Origin: Octopus sinensis
Lineage: Eukaryota
Length of the DNA stretch: 64,000 bases
Direction: 5' to 3'
Assembly: GCF_006345805.1 (NCBI RefSeq)
Contig: NC_043021.1
Coordinates: 4,774,001-4,838,000, forward strand
Shown: piece by piece, positions 50,707-64,000 of the stretch
Layout: each line of letters begins with the position of its first letter
How positions within the stretch are numbered: the stretch's first letter is position 1
The notes under the pieces: model-generated
Seen by the model: only the letters and a program-made list of their open reading frames with translations
Database searches by the model: none
Told to the model about the DNA's origin: nothing
Position numbers and translations under genes: made by a program

Positions 50707-50790
50707 ATGAAGAATACCATGACAAGCTCAGCAGATCGAATGCGTCTTAAGGATAAGATTATTACCAACGTTGCTCGGGCTATCAAAGGG
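50707..50790 (+). CDS. PLEKHM2: Probable first coding exon of a RUN-domain protein, PLEKHM2/SKIP-like (MKNTMTSSADRMRLKDKIITNVARAIKG)
   Basis: In-frame stop at 50674; ATGs at 50707 and 50719 (accATG); phase-0 donor gtaagc at 50791. KDKIITNVARAIK resembles the recalled human PLEKHM2 N-terminus KDRILENISLSVK. No second exon identified in the window. Confidence 0.55.
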
Positions 50791-50819
50791 GTAAGCCCAC
50801 TTCATAATCCTTCTGCTTC

Positions 50820-50821
50820 CA

Positions 50822-50853
<32 letters not shown>

Positions 50854-51824
50854 TGTGTTTAGGTGTGTATGTGTGTGTGTGTGTTTGGGTGTGTGTCTGT
50901 GTGTGTGTGTATGTTTGAGTGTGTGTATGTATGTCTGTGTGTATGTATGTGTGTGTGTATGTATGTGTGTGTATGTATGTATGTATGTGTGTGTGTATGT
51001 ATGTGTGTATGTATGTATGTATGTGTGTATGTGTGTGTATGTATGTATTTATGTATGTATGTATGTATGTGTGTGTGTGTGTCTGTGTATGTATGTATGT
51101 GTGTGTGTGTATGTATATGTGTGTGTGTCTGTGTGTGTATGTATGTATGTATATGTGTGTGTGTGTATGTGTGTGTGTCTGTGTGTGTATGTATGTATGT
51201 ATATGTGTGTGTGTGTATGTGTGTGTGTGTGTGTGGTAAACGAAGGCCGTGTGACTAAGAAGTTCGCTGCGCAATCCCGAGGTCCTGGGCTCGATACTAT
51301 TGCGTATCATCTGCCAGTGGCTTCTATCAAGAGCATCAGGTCGACGCAAGGTGGTCTGTAAGCTTTAATTCGAAGGCCCAATCCCTTTGTCTTTATACCC
51401 TGTATATATCATATGGATTCTACCTGTCAATTATGTGGAACACTCGGCCACTTACACTTTAGATTTAAACAAGGAGATAGTTCAGTCGATCGATACACAC
51501 AATACATACAGATATATATTGTCATTCGTATTTATAATATATGTTTATGTCACATGTATATATAATACATTATCTAGTATGTGTTGTGTGAGTACGTCTA
51601 TTAATTGAATTGTAATATACCTGTTACGTACATCTGTTGGTATGGCATGTGTATGTGTATGTATGTGAATATATATATATGTATATATCTATTATGTATA
51701 TCTACAATATATATATATATACAATATATGGTATGTATATTGTCTATATACAATATATGGTATTTCTGTTGTGTATATATTATACTGTATGTATCATATA
51801 AATGGATATCTATCTATCTATCTA

Positions 51825-51895
<71 letters not shown>

Positions 51896-52034
51896 GTCTG
51901 TCTGTCTGTCTCATACATGTACACATAACATATTCATATACATCTTACTAAATACATCACCATGCATCATATTGCTCATAGAAAGTATATAATTATATAT
52001 TCATTGTGTGTGTGTATATATATATATATGTATG

Positions 52035-52086
<52 letters not shown>

Positions 52087-52544
52087 ATATATGTATGTAT
52101 CATCGTTTAACGTCCGTTCCCCATGCTAGCATGGGTTGGACCAAATATATATAAATATATGTATGCATATATATATATAAATATAGGTATGTATATATAT
52201 ATAAATATAGGTATGTATATATATATACATATATGTATGTATATATATAAATAAATATATGTATGTATATATATATATATATGTATGTATATATATATAT
52301 ATATATGTATATGTATATATATATATGTATGATTATGTATGTATATATATATATATGTATGATTATATATATATGTATATATATATGTATGATTATATAT
52401 GTATATATATATATGCATATATATATATATATATGTATATATATATGTATATATATATGTGTGTATATATATGTGTGTATATATATGTATGTATATATAT
52501 ATATGTATGTTATATGTGTGTATATATATATGTATATATATATA

Positions 52545-52601
<57 letters not shown>

Positions 52602-53220
52602 ATATATATGTATATGTATGTGTATATATGTATGTATATGTATGTATATGTATGTGTATATATGTATGTAATGTATGTATATATATGTATGTATATATAT
52701 GTATATATATATATGTATATATATGTATATATCTATGTATATATATGTATATATATATGTATATAATGTATATATATATGTATATATATATGTATATATA
52801 TGTATATCTATATATATATGTTATATATGTATATATATGTATATATGTATATATAATGTATATATATGTATATAGATGTATATATATGTATGTATATATG
52901 TATATATATATGTATATATATATGTATATATGTATATATATATATCTATGTATATATATATGTATATATATATATATATGTATGTATATATATATATATA
53001 TGTATGTATATGTGTATGTATATTATATTATATATATATGTATATGTATATATATATATATGTATATATATGTATAATATATATATGTATATATATGTAT
53101 GTATATGTATTATATATATATATATATATGTATGTATGTGTGTATGTATGTATATGTATATATATATGTATGCATATATATGTATATATATATAAGTATG
53201 TATGAGTGTATATATATATT
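50820..53220. repeat. Compound microsatellite block: (TG)/(TATG), (TCTA)n, then ~1.2 kb degenerate (TA)/(TATG)
   Basis: Visible low-complexity sequence; source of the spurious CV/YI ORFs. Confidence 0.95.
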
Positions 53221-53846
53221 TATCATCATCATCATTTAATGTCTGCTTTCCATGCTAGCATGGGTTGGATGATTTCATTGAGGACTGGTGAACCAGATGG
53301 CTGCACCAGGCTCCAATCTCGATCTGGCAAAGTTCCTACAGCTGGATGCCCTTCCTAACGCCAACCACTCCAAGAGTGTAGTGGGTGCTTTTATGTGCCA
53401 CCGGCACGAGTGCCAGTCAGGTGGTACTGGCAATGGCCACGACAAAATCGTGTTTTCTTTTTCTTTACGTGTCACCTGCACACCGGCACAAGTTCCAGTA
53501 AGGTGACGCTGGTAACGATCACGCTCGAATGGTGCTTTTTGCATGTCACTGGCACGAACCACAGTTAGCCACTCTGGCAACAATCACGCTTGGATGGTGC
53601 TATGACCGTGTGTGTATCATTGGCGATTTTTTTTCCTCCGTCTTCCCTTCCTTGGACTTTTCCTTTTTTCTAATCTTGGAGTGGTTGGCGTTAGGAAGGG
53701 CATCCAGCTGTAGAAACTTTGCCAGATCAAGATTGGCGGTTGGTGCAGCCATCTGGTTCACCAGTCCTCAGTGAAATCATCCAACCCATGCTAGCATGGA
53801 AAGCGGATGTTAAACAATGATGATGATAAATATATATATATACACT

Positions 53847-53910
<64 letters not shown>

Positions 53911-54031
53911 GGGCTCCGCTCGAAACATTAAATCCTCCTACTTTTTACCCTTTCCTGAGCGTCCAATAACACTATACTTGTTCCACGTCCTCGCGTTGTT
54001 GTATTTTCTCTTTGTGTTTTCATGTTTGGAT

Positions 54032-54085
<54 letters not shown>

Positions 54086-54135
54086 TATCAGCAGTCCCAC
54101 CCATGCCAGCAGATATGTACATGTGTTTACATATG

Positions 54136-54173
<38 letters not shown>

Positions 54174-54694
54174 TATATGTAGATCAAAGTACTGGTGAGG
54201 ATATAAACCTCAGAGGGATAAAAATATCAAAAATTATACTTCTTGAATACCTATAGGCATATTCATATATATATATATATATATTAATATTATTAAAAAC
54301 CAAGAGAGAAAATAGAATAGATTAATACAAGTTTATTATTAATAAACTTTTATTAATCTTGTTTCCATATTCTCTCTGGATTTTTAGTTTTATATATATA
54401 TATGTATATACATATATATGTACGCACACACACACACACACACATATATACATACATACACACACATATATATATATATTTATTACTCACTCCAAAAGTT
54501 TCTTTTATTCTCTGTGTGTTTATTTCCTTTCTATTGAAGAGTGTTCACTTGAAATGTAAGACTTTCTCACCTTCCCAAGTGTCAAACTAATACACCTACA
54601 TGCTGTTTATACACCTGACTTTGTCTTTTGTTTTTCTGTAAATTTCAACTATATATATAGACATATGCATATCTATCTATCTATCTATCTATCT

Positions 54695-54755
<61 letters not shown>

Positions 54756-54962
54756 ATATACCGGAGTAAACACATAAATGTGAAACAAGGTGGAAAAAAG
54801 AGTACTCAAATACCAGGGGTAGAGTAATATGCTTTATTTAAAAGCAGTAGAAAATTCAACAAAACCTGTTACTCTGAGTTTCACGTTCCCTGTCCGACGA
54901 ACGGGAGTAAACTCAGAGTAACAGGTTTTGTTGAATTTTCTGCTGCTTTTAAATAAAGTATA

Positions 54963-55002
<40 letters not shown>

Positions 55003-55529
55003 TATATATTTGTATATATAAATATATGTATCATTATTTTTATGTATGCATAGATGCCTTTATATATGTATCTGTATATATTTATATGTATATGTTTGTA
55101 TATACATGTGTATATACCCCATATAATGTAGAAATATATGTTTATATTTATGTATATATATATGTGTGTATGTATATAGAGAATATGCAAACATATATAT
55201 ATATGTAAGAAAATATACATATTTATGTATGGATATATAAACATATGTGTGTGTATATATACATGTATGTGTCTGTGTGTGTGTGTATATATGAATATAT
55301 ATTCTTTTATTCTTTCTTTTACTTGTTTCAATTATTTGACTGTGGCCATGCTGGAGCACTGCCTCTCGTCGAACAAATCAACCCCAGGACATATTCTTTG
55401 TAAGCCTAGTACTTATTCTGTCAACCTCTTTTGCCTAACTGCTGAGTTATGGGGACGTAATACATTGGTTGTCAAATGATGGAGGGACAACAAATACAGA
55501 CACACACACACACAAATATATATATACAT

Positions 55530-57360
55530 GCATCATCATCATCGTTTAATGTCGCTTTCCATGCTAGCATGGATTGGACGATTTGACTGAGGTTTGGTGA
55601 ACCAGATGGCTGCACCAGACTCCAATCTGATCTGGCAGAGTTTCTACAGCTGGATGCCCTTCCTAACGCCAACCACTCCGAGAGTGTAGTGGGTGCTTTT
55701 ACGTGCCACTGGCACAAGGGCCAGTTAGGTGGTACTGGCAACATCCACGCTCAAATGGTGCTTTTTATGTGCAACTTGCACAGGAGCCAGTCCAGCGATA
55801 CTGACAACGACCTCTCTCAAATGTTTTTTACACGTGCTATCAGCACAAGTGCTAGTAAGGTGATGCAGGTAACGATCATGCTTGAATGGTGTTTTTAACA
55901 TGCCATCGGCACGGAGGCCAGTTTGTTGCTCTGGCAATGATCTCACTCGTATGGTACTCTTAGCGCTCCACTAGCAATGGAGGCCAGTCACCGAGTTTGA
56001 TTTCGATTTTGATTTCACTTGCCTCAACTGGTCTTCACAAGCAGAATTTAGTGGCCAATGAAGAAAAGGCACGCATAAGTGGACTGGTTACACCCCTGGC
56101 ATAGGCCACAAGGTTATGGTCTTACTTGCGCTTGCCGAGTCTTCTCAAGCACAGCATATTTCCAGAGGTCCCAGTCACTAGTCATTGCCTTGGTGAGGCC
56201 TAATGTTTGAAGGTCATGCTTCACCACCTCATCCCAGGTCTTCCTGGGTCTACCTCTTCCACAGGTTCCCTTAACTGCTAGGGTGTGCGCTTTTACACAC
56301 AGCTATCCACATCCATTCTCGCCACATGACCATACCAGCGCAGTCGTCTCTCTTGCACACCACATCTGATGCTTCTTAGGTCCAACATTTCTCTGAAGGC
56401 ACTAACACTCTGTCTAGTATGCACACTGACATTACACATCCATCGGAGCATGCTGGCTTCATTCCTTGCGAGCGTACGCATGTCCTCAGCAGTCACGGCC
56501 CATGTTTCACTGCCATGTAGCATGGCTGTTTGTACACATGCGTCGTACAGTCTACCTTTTACTCTGAGTGAGATGCCCTTTGTCACCAGCAAAGCTAAGA
56601 GCTCTCTGAACTTAGCCCAGGCTATTCTTATTCTAGCAGCTACACTTCCAGTGCACCCTCCCCGGCTACTGACTTGGTCACCTAGGTAACGGAAGCTATC
56701 AACTACTTCTAGTTTTTCTCCCTGGAATGTGGCAGTTGTTATCTGCACATTTTCAGTGTTATTTATAGCTCCCGAGTATTTATCACATACAAAATCTATC
56801 CTCCCAGTTAGCCTTCCTTTCATATTGCTGCACCTCTTATGTGTCCATAGCTTACACTGGGTACATCTTATAGAGTTTCTACCTACGCCTTTTCTACAGA
56901 TCGAGCAGGGCCATCTACCTGAAGGGACTTGTGGTTTGCCTGCCTTCCTACTTATTAAGACTTTGGTTTTAGCTAGGTTGACTCTAAGGTCCTTCGATTC
57001 TAATCCTTGCTTCCACACCTGAAACTTTTTGTCTGGGTCTGATAGTGACTCAGCAATTAGTGCAAGGTCATCTGCATAGAGGAGCTCCCAGGGGCATCCT
57101 GTCTTGAATTCCTCTGTTATTGCCTGGAGGACTATGATAAATATGAGGGGGCTGAGGATTAATCCTTGGTGGACCCCTACCTCTACCCGGAATTCTTCAC
57201 TGTACTCGTTGCTAAATCTCACCTTACTGACAGCATCCCTGTACATGGCTTGCACAGCTCTCACTAATCATTCACATATCCCTAGTTTCCTCATTGACCA
57301 CCAGATAAGGGATCAGGGAACCCTGTCAAAGGCTTTCTCCATGTCAACAAAAGCCAGGTA
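55530..57360 (-). mobile_element. 5'-truncated RTE-clade LINE: RT C-terminal ORF plus complete 3' UTR ending in (GAT)n
   Basis: ORF 56293-57264 with GVHQG, YADD, FRYLG and RRLRWYGHV motifs, continuing into a hairpin-repeat UTR and (CAT)n on the + strand. Confidence 0.92.
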
Positions 57361-58259
57361 TATATATGCAGGATTGATAGCTTGGCTACGTATATCTAAG
57401 TCATTGACAGAAAGCAATGCATATTACAATCTCATGAAAAACCTTGGAGAGGTGCAAGCCTCATTTTAATAGTAACAGGAAGTACAGGCTATGCCTAGCC
57501 AAGTAAAGAATTGTATCAAAAGATTCTCTTCACCTGGATATCTACCTAAACTGCAGAAACAAGATATTCAGCCAGTGCCCACATGACAGAAGGTACATGA
57601 TGGCTTACTTATGGGCTATACCATGACCATAAATGCTAGGACCTCCCCTATCAGTCCTACCATTATCACATTCTGAGAACCCTTCAATGTTTTGACCAAA
57701 TCACATATGCATACACATCCAAATATGAGGTTAAAAATTTGGGAACCTGCCCGATTCTCACATAAAAAAAAACTCCTATACATATATCAACCCTACATGC
57801 ATACAAATTCTACCTCTATACACACATATCAACCTTACAGACATGCCAACCCCTTCAACTACCCCTGCACTCATATTTACTCACCAGACTCTTGCTGCAT
57901 CAGAACTCACTCAAGTTTTTTTGAGCAATCACTCAGCTTATTGTCTTCTGTGACTTTGTTTTGTCTTTTTCACAGTGCCCACAAACCAGATGTGACACTT
58001 CCTCACACCAATAACGGAGAACAGTTGCCATATTTTTTCATACCTGCCATCCCTGAAGAGCACATGTATTAGATAACCATCCAGTTATCTAACACCCATG
58101 TAGTGCGAAATCATAATGTATTTGTGTGTGTGTATGTATGCGTATGCATATATTGGGACAGACTTGGAAAGACTGGAAGGTTTGTGGCAGTAGGGAACAC
58201 TACATAATGACTTGAAGGGCATCTAAGTGTTAGTTGTACCTGACTAAAGGCAAGGGAGA

Positions 58260-59045
58260 ACGGTAGAGATTAGCACATGTCCTGCAGCATGAAGATCAGT
58301 GGCTGGAAATGTTTAGGATTGTGAGACAATTGGTGAAAAGTATATTCAGAATGATGAAAGCAAAGTTGCTATTGATATAGAAGAAACCGGTGTGGAAGTG
58401 CTATTATAAAAGGCCGAAGGTGGAAAATATCTGGCTAAGAATAACCCATAATTTCTGGCATTTGTTGATCTGGAGAAAGCATTTGACATAGTACCATACT
58501 CAGTGATATAATAGTCACTGAGAAAACTAGGTGTTGATGAATTAGGTTGTGGGAGCTGTGCCAGCCATATACTAAAATGCAGTAAAGTGAGAGTCAGCAA
58601 TGACTTTAGTGACAAATTTAGCAAGACTATGATGAATATGAGGGGCCTGAGGACTAATCCTTGGTGGACCCCTACCTCTATCTGGAATTCTTCACTGTAC
58701 TTGTTGCCAAATCTCACCTTACTGATAGCATCCCTATACATGGCTTGCACAGCTCTCACTAATCACTCATCTATCCCTAGTTTCCTCATTGACCACCAGA
58801 TAAGGGATCAGGGGACCCTGTTAAAGGCGTCCATCAATGTTCTGTTCTCAGTCCTCTTCTGTTCATCTGTCACCAGATTTTAAGTCTGACCGTCCACGAG
58901 AATTCCTATATGCCGATCTATTTTTGATACCTAAATCTCTAAAGAAATTAGTGAAGGAATTCCAGGCATGGAAGCTAAACCTAGAATTGAGTGGCCTTGA
59001 GGTAAACCTAACAAAGACAAAGGATTTAGTTAGTAGAGGTGGATG
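58260..59045. mobile_element. Rearranged RTE RT fragments (+ / - / +)
   Basis: AFVDLEKAFD on +, inverted younger piece 58623-58825, then + strand VLSPLLF/YAD-like sequence. Confidence 0.75.
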
Positions 59046-60396
59046 CATATTCTGAGAATATTCTACATGGTTATTTGACCTTCTAGATGTAGCAAGTAAA
59101 TTTTTCTCAAAATCACAGCCCTTCCATCTTAAAAAGAAAAGGACACATTGTATACTATATCTAAACAACAACTAAAGACTGGCTGGTTGTCATAGTGTGT
59201 GTCTGTGTTTGTACCCCCATCATCGCTCGACAACTGATGTTGCTGTGTTTATGTCCCCGTAACTTATCCTTTTGGCAAAACACACTGATAGAATAAGTAC
59301 TAGACTTATAAAGAATAAATCCTGGGGTCAGTTTCTTTGACTAAAGGTGATACTCCAGCATGGCCGCAGCCACATGACCAAAGCAAGTAAAACAATAAAA
59401 AACTATGCCATTTTAATCCTAAGCAACTTTAGGTATCTCTGCTAGTCTGGAATAAAACATAAAATGATTAATTATTAGATATAATTGGGTAATAATAATA
59501 ATTACAGTAATAATATATTTTCCCAGTATTACTCTTTTACTCTTTTACTTGTTTCAGTCATTTGACTGTGGCCATGCTGGAGCACCACCTTTAGTCGAGC
59601 AAATCGACCCCGGGACTTATTCTTTGTAAGCCCAGTACTTATTCTATCGGTCTCTTTTGCCGAACTGCTAAGTGACGGGGACGTAAACACACCAGCATCG
59701 GTTGTCAAGCAATGCTAGGGGGACAAACACAGACACACAGACACACACACACACACATACATATATATATACGACAGGCTTCTTTCAGTTTCCGTCTACC
59801 AAATCCACTCACAAGGCATTGGTCGGCCCGGGGCTATAGCAGAAGACACTTGCCCAAGATGCCATGCAGTGGGACTGAACCCGGAACCATGTGGTTGGTT
59901 AGCAAGCTACTTACCACACAGCCACTCCTGCGCCTTGTATATTGACTTCCAATATTTTGTCTAATGATAAAAATGTTTGCAACACATATCTTGATGACGT
60001 AGCATGCAAATACCACGACTGCAGTTAATTTCCAGTACTATCACGTGAGCTAACATATTAACATACATATGCACACATAAAATATAAACAAAAGCAGATA
60101 CACAGGCAACGTTTTTATGGAATATTAATGTGTGTGCAAATAAATTTGACACACACATGCACATATATAAATAGCAATAAAAGACACAAATATATAACGT
60201 TTTTATTTTTTTTATTTTATTTTAACATGCGCAGGAGTGGCTGTGTGGTAAGTAGCTTGCTAACCAACCACATGGTTACGGGTTCAGTCTCACTGCATGG
60301 CATCTTGGGCAAGTGTCTTCTGCTATAGCCCCGGCCGACCATGCCTTGTGAGTGGATTTGGTAGACGGAAACTGAAAGAAGCCTGTCGTATATATG

Positions 60397-60433
<37 letters not shown>

Positions 60434-61254
60434 TTGTCCCCCTAGCATTGCTCGACAACCGATGCTGGTGTGTTTGCATCCCCGTCACTTAGCGGTTCGG
60501 CAAAAGAGACCGATAGAATAAGTACTGGGCTTACAAAGAATAAGTCCTGGGTCGATTTGCTCGACTAAAGGCGGTGCTCCAGCATGGCCGCAGTCAAATG
60601 ACTGAAACAAGTAAAAGAGTATATAAATGTATGTATATATGTATATATATATGTGTGTGTGTGTGTGTATAGGAAACTAGTCCATTAGAAAATCTCTGTT
60701 CGAGATAGAAGCAGTGTACAAACCAAAATAGTAGTGTTCATTACTACTTTAACATGACTGTTCCCTAAGAGAAGATGCTTCTGCTATTTTAACCCTAGGA
60801 AGACATCTGCTGCTGGTTAATTCAGTGTGCTTTCATACTCAATACTTGTTGCAAGCTGGAGAGAACTACTGCTACCCTAGTTTCGAGACCATCAGACCAT
60901 GTGATTTCAATCTTATTGGAGCATTTCAGTGGTGGGCACTCATTTGGTAAGCATGGTAGTAGTCTAACCTCACTTGCAATATGTAGAAAATGCAGTGTCA
61001 TACAGTCCACTAATTTTGTAACTAGGAAACAAGTCCGTTAGAAAATCTCTATTTGAGATAGAAGCAGTATGTCTGTGTTTGTTTCCCACCACTGCTTGAT
61101 AATTAGCGTTAGTGTGTTTACGTCCCTGTAAAAGTCCAGGGGTCAATTTGTTTGACTAAAACCCTTGAAGGTGGTGCTCCAGTGTAGCTGCAGTGAAAAT
61201 GACTGAAACAAGTAAAAGATAAAAGATATATATAAATTATATATATATATATAT

Positions 61255-63075
61255 ATCATCATCATTATCGTCACCATCATCATTTAATGTCCATTGTCCA
61301 TGCTGGCATCGGTTGGATGGTGTGACCAGAGCTGTTAAGCCGAGGGGCTGCACCAGACTCCAGTCTGATTTGACATGGTTTCTATGGCTGGATTCCCTTC
61401 CTAATGCCAACCACTCTGAGAGCGTGATGGGTACTTTTATGTGCCACCAGAAATGGGTGCCAATTATGTGACACCAGTATCTGGTATGATTATGATTTCA
61501 CTTGGCTTGATGGGTCTTTCCAAGCATGGCACGTCAACGGTGGTCTTGGTCACTAGTCATTGTGTCCACGAGACCCAATGTTCGAAGATTATGCTTCACC
61601 ACCTTGTCTTGCTGAGTCTACCCCCTCCACAAGCTCCCGACACAGAGATCAGCATTTCTTTACACAGCTGTCCTCGTCCATATGCATCAAATGACCTGAC
61701 CAGCACAGTCGTCTTTTGTACACCACATCTGATGCCTCTTATGCCCAACATTTCTCTGAAGACACTTACACTCTGTCATACATGCACACTGACACTGAAC
61801 ATCCAACAAAACATACTAGTTTAGTTTCTTTCAAGCCTATGCATCTCCTCAACAGTCACAGCTCATATTTCACTGCTGTGTAGCATAGCTGTTCACATAC
61901 AGGTATCATACAGCCTACCTTTCACACTGAGGGAGAGGCCCTTTGTTGCCAAAAGATGTAGGAGCTCTTTGAACTTTGCCCAGCCAATTCTTATTCTTGC
62001 AGCTCTGCTCTCAGAGCATTCAGCTCTGCTGCTGGCTTGGTCACCTAGATAATGGAAGCTATCAACTCCTTCTAGCTTATGCCCCTAGCATTTGATAGGG
62101 TCTATTTTCTGTACCTTTTTAGTGTTTATTGTACTTATGCACCTTCCTCACACAAAAATTATTTTCCCAAATAGAAAACTATTTTCCACACAAAAACTAT
62201 TTTCCTTCCTCTAATATTGCTGCACCTTTTATGTGTCCATAGCCTGCCCTGGGTACATCTCATGGAATTTCTACATATGCCTTTCCAACAGATCGAGCTG
62301 GGCCATCTACCTGAAGGGATTTGTGATTTGTCTGCTTTCCTACTTTCTAAGACTTTCGTTTTTGCTAGGTTAACTCTATGGTACTTCAATTCTAGACCTT
62401 CTTTCTACACTTGAAATTTCTTCTCTAGTTCTGGTAGTGCTCCAGCTATAAGAACAAGGTCATCAGCACAGAGGAGCTCCCAGGGGCAGCCCATCTTAAA
62501 TTCCTGTTGTTGCCTGGAGGACTGTGATGGACAGGAGGGGGCTGAGGACTGATACTTGGTGAACTCCTACTTGTATCCTGAATTCATCACCATACTTGTT
62601 GCGAACCCTCACCTTACTGACTGCATCCCTGTACATGGCTTGTACAGCTCTCAGTAACAATTCATCTATCCCTAGTTTCTGCACTGACCACCAGTTATGG
62701 GATCGGGAGACCCTGTCAAAAGCTTTCTCCATGTCAACAAAAGCCAAGTAAAGAAGTTTATCTTTGGCTAGGTACTTCTACTGCAGCTGTCTTACCAGAA
62801 ATATAACATCAGTGGTGCTTCTCCCTGGCACAAAACCAAACTGCATCTCATCTAGACTAACCCTGTCCCTAATTAGTTGAACTATGACCTTCTCTGTGAC
62901 TTTCATCACCTGATCCAACAATTTGATACCTCTGAAATTATTTCTATCTAAGGTGTCCTCTTTACCTTTGTAGCAGTTGACTATGGTACTGCTACACCAG
63001 TGATTGGGTATGACTCCTTTGTGTACCACCTGATTAACTATACAGGTGACTAGGCCATAACCCACACTGCCAGAT
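61255..63075 (-). mobile_element. Older degenerate copy of the same RTE LINE
   Basis: ORF-track fragments NNFRGIKLL, MQFGFVPGRSTTD, AFVDMEKAFDRV, VGVHQ; (CAT)n tail at ~61255. Confidence 0.88.
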
Positions 63076-64000
63076 ATATACACATGCATTAGTTGCATGT
63101 ATATAAATATCCATATACACACATTCTTGCATGCTTATTATTTATCTCACACCTTTGCCTATTTTTTCTTAAAATGTTGGTTTTACTCTGCATATATGTG
63201 TGCATATATACATATACATATGTATATGTGAATGTGAGTGCGTGAAATTGCAATTAATATTCACACCTGTTATCACTCTAATCAATTTGTTCCACCGCAT
63301 CTATTACTTACCTTCTTTATATTCAATTAACAACATCAGCTGTAGCAACTACAAGATGACAAAGAAAACTCTACATGGTTATTTGACCTTCTAGATGTAG
63401 CAACTAAATTTCTCTCAGATCACAGCCCTTCCATCATAAAAATGAAAAGGACACATTGTATACTATATCTAACAAAAGCTATCTACTAATAATCCCCTTA
63501 AGCATTTGAAACAGTCTATTGTCTGCCTTTAGATTCCAGACCTTTCTTCCACATCTGAAATTTCTTCTCTAGGTCAGGTAGTGATTCAGCTATAAGAACA
63601 AGGTCATCAGTGTAGAGTTGTTCCTAAAGACAGCAGGTCAGGAATGAGATTTTCTTGGATGTCTGGGGTGGGAGGATCCTTAGAAGTAGTAGATAGCTTT
63701 TATTACCTTATTAACCAAGTTAGCTGTTGAGGAAGATGCTCTGAAACTGTTGTTGCCAGAATAAGAATGGGCTGGGTAAAGTTCAGAGAGCTTCTAGCTT
63801 TGTTGGTAACAAAGGCCCTCTCCCTCAGAGTGGAAGGAGATTGTGTAATGCCTGTGTGTGGACAGTCATGCTATATGGCTATGAAACATGGGCTGTGGCT
63901 GCAGAGGGTATGCAAAAGTTTGAAAGAAATGAAACCAGCATGTCCCACTGGATGTGCAGTGACAGTGTGCACGTACGACAGAGTGTAAATGTTGTAAGAG

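Noticed and set aside
50783-53205. Long ORFs of CV, YI or HT repeats (up to 272 aa)
   Set aside because: Translations of microsatellites; no coding signal.
50791-64000. Second exon of the PLEKHM2-like gene
   Set aside because: No segment resembling the expected LQSYF...LCEHLDHALLYG region was found; it probably lies beyond the window, so the gene call rests on one short exon.

Overview
Repeat-rich animal genomic DNA, most likely a coleoid cephalopod (Octopus-like; recognised from the repeat families, not proven). Positions 640-30257 (+) carry the last 20 coding exons of mitochondrial RNA polymerase (POLRMT). Spliced by hand, all GT-AG and phase-consistent, they total 2016 nt (671 aa plus stop), with intact T7-type motifs A, B and C and the C-terminal STYFFS*. 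A CpG-rich promoter-like region at ~49.2-50.8 kb leads into a probable first coding exon of a RUN-domain gene resembling PLEKHM2/SKIP (50707-50790). The rest is three tRNA-derived SINE families, RTE and CR1-like LINE fragments, mariner remnants, hAT/piggyBac-like/other MITEs, Helitron-like elements and microsatellites. Main observations: (1) seven Penelope-type minimal hammerhead-ribozyme-like motifs, all on the + strand, two just upstream of POLRMT splice acceptors and two forming a tandem variant pair; (2) a ~700-bp inverted duplication in a POLRMT intron; (3) recurrent SINE-derived mini-satellites sharing a similar junction; (4) an RTE 3' UTR with a variable array of hairpin units. No prokaryote-type system (CRISPR, operon) is present.
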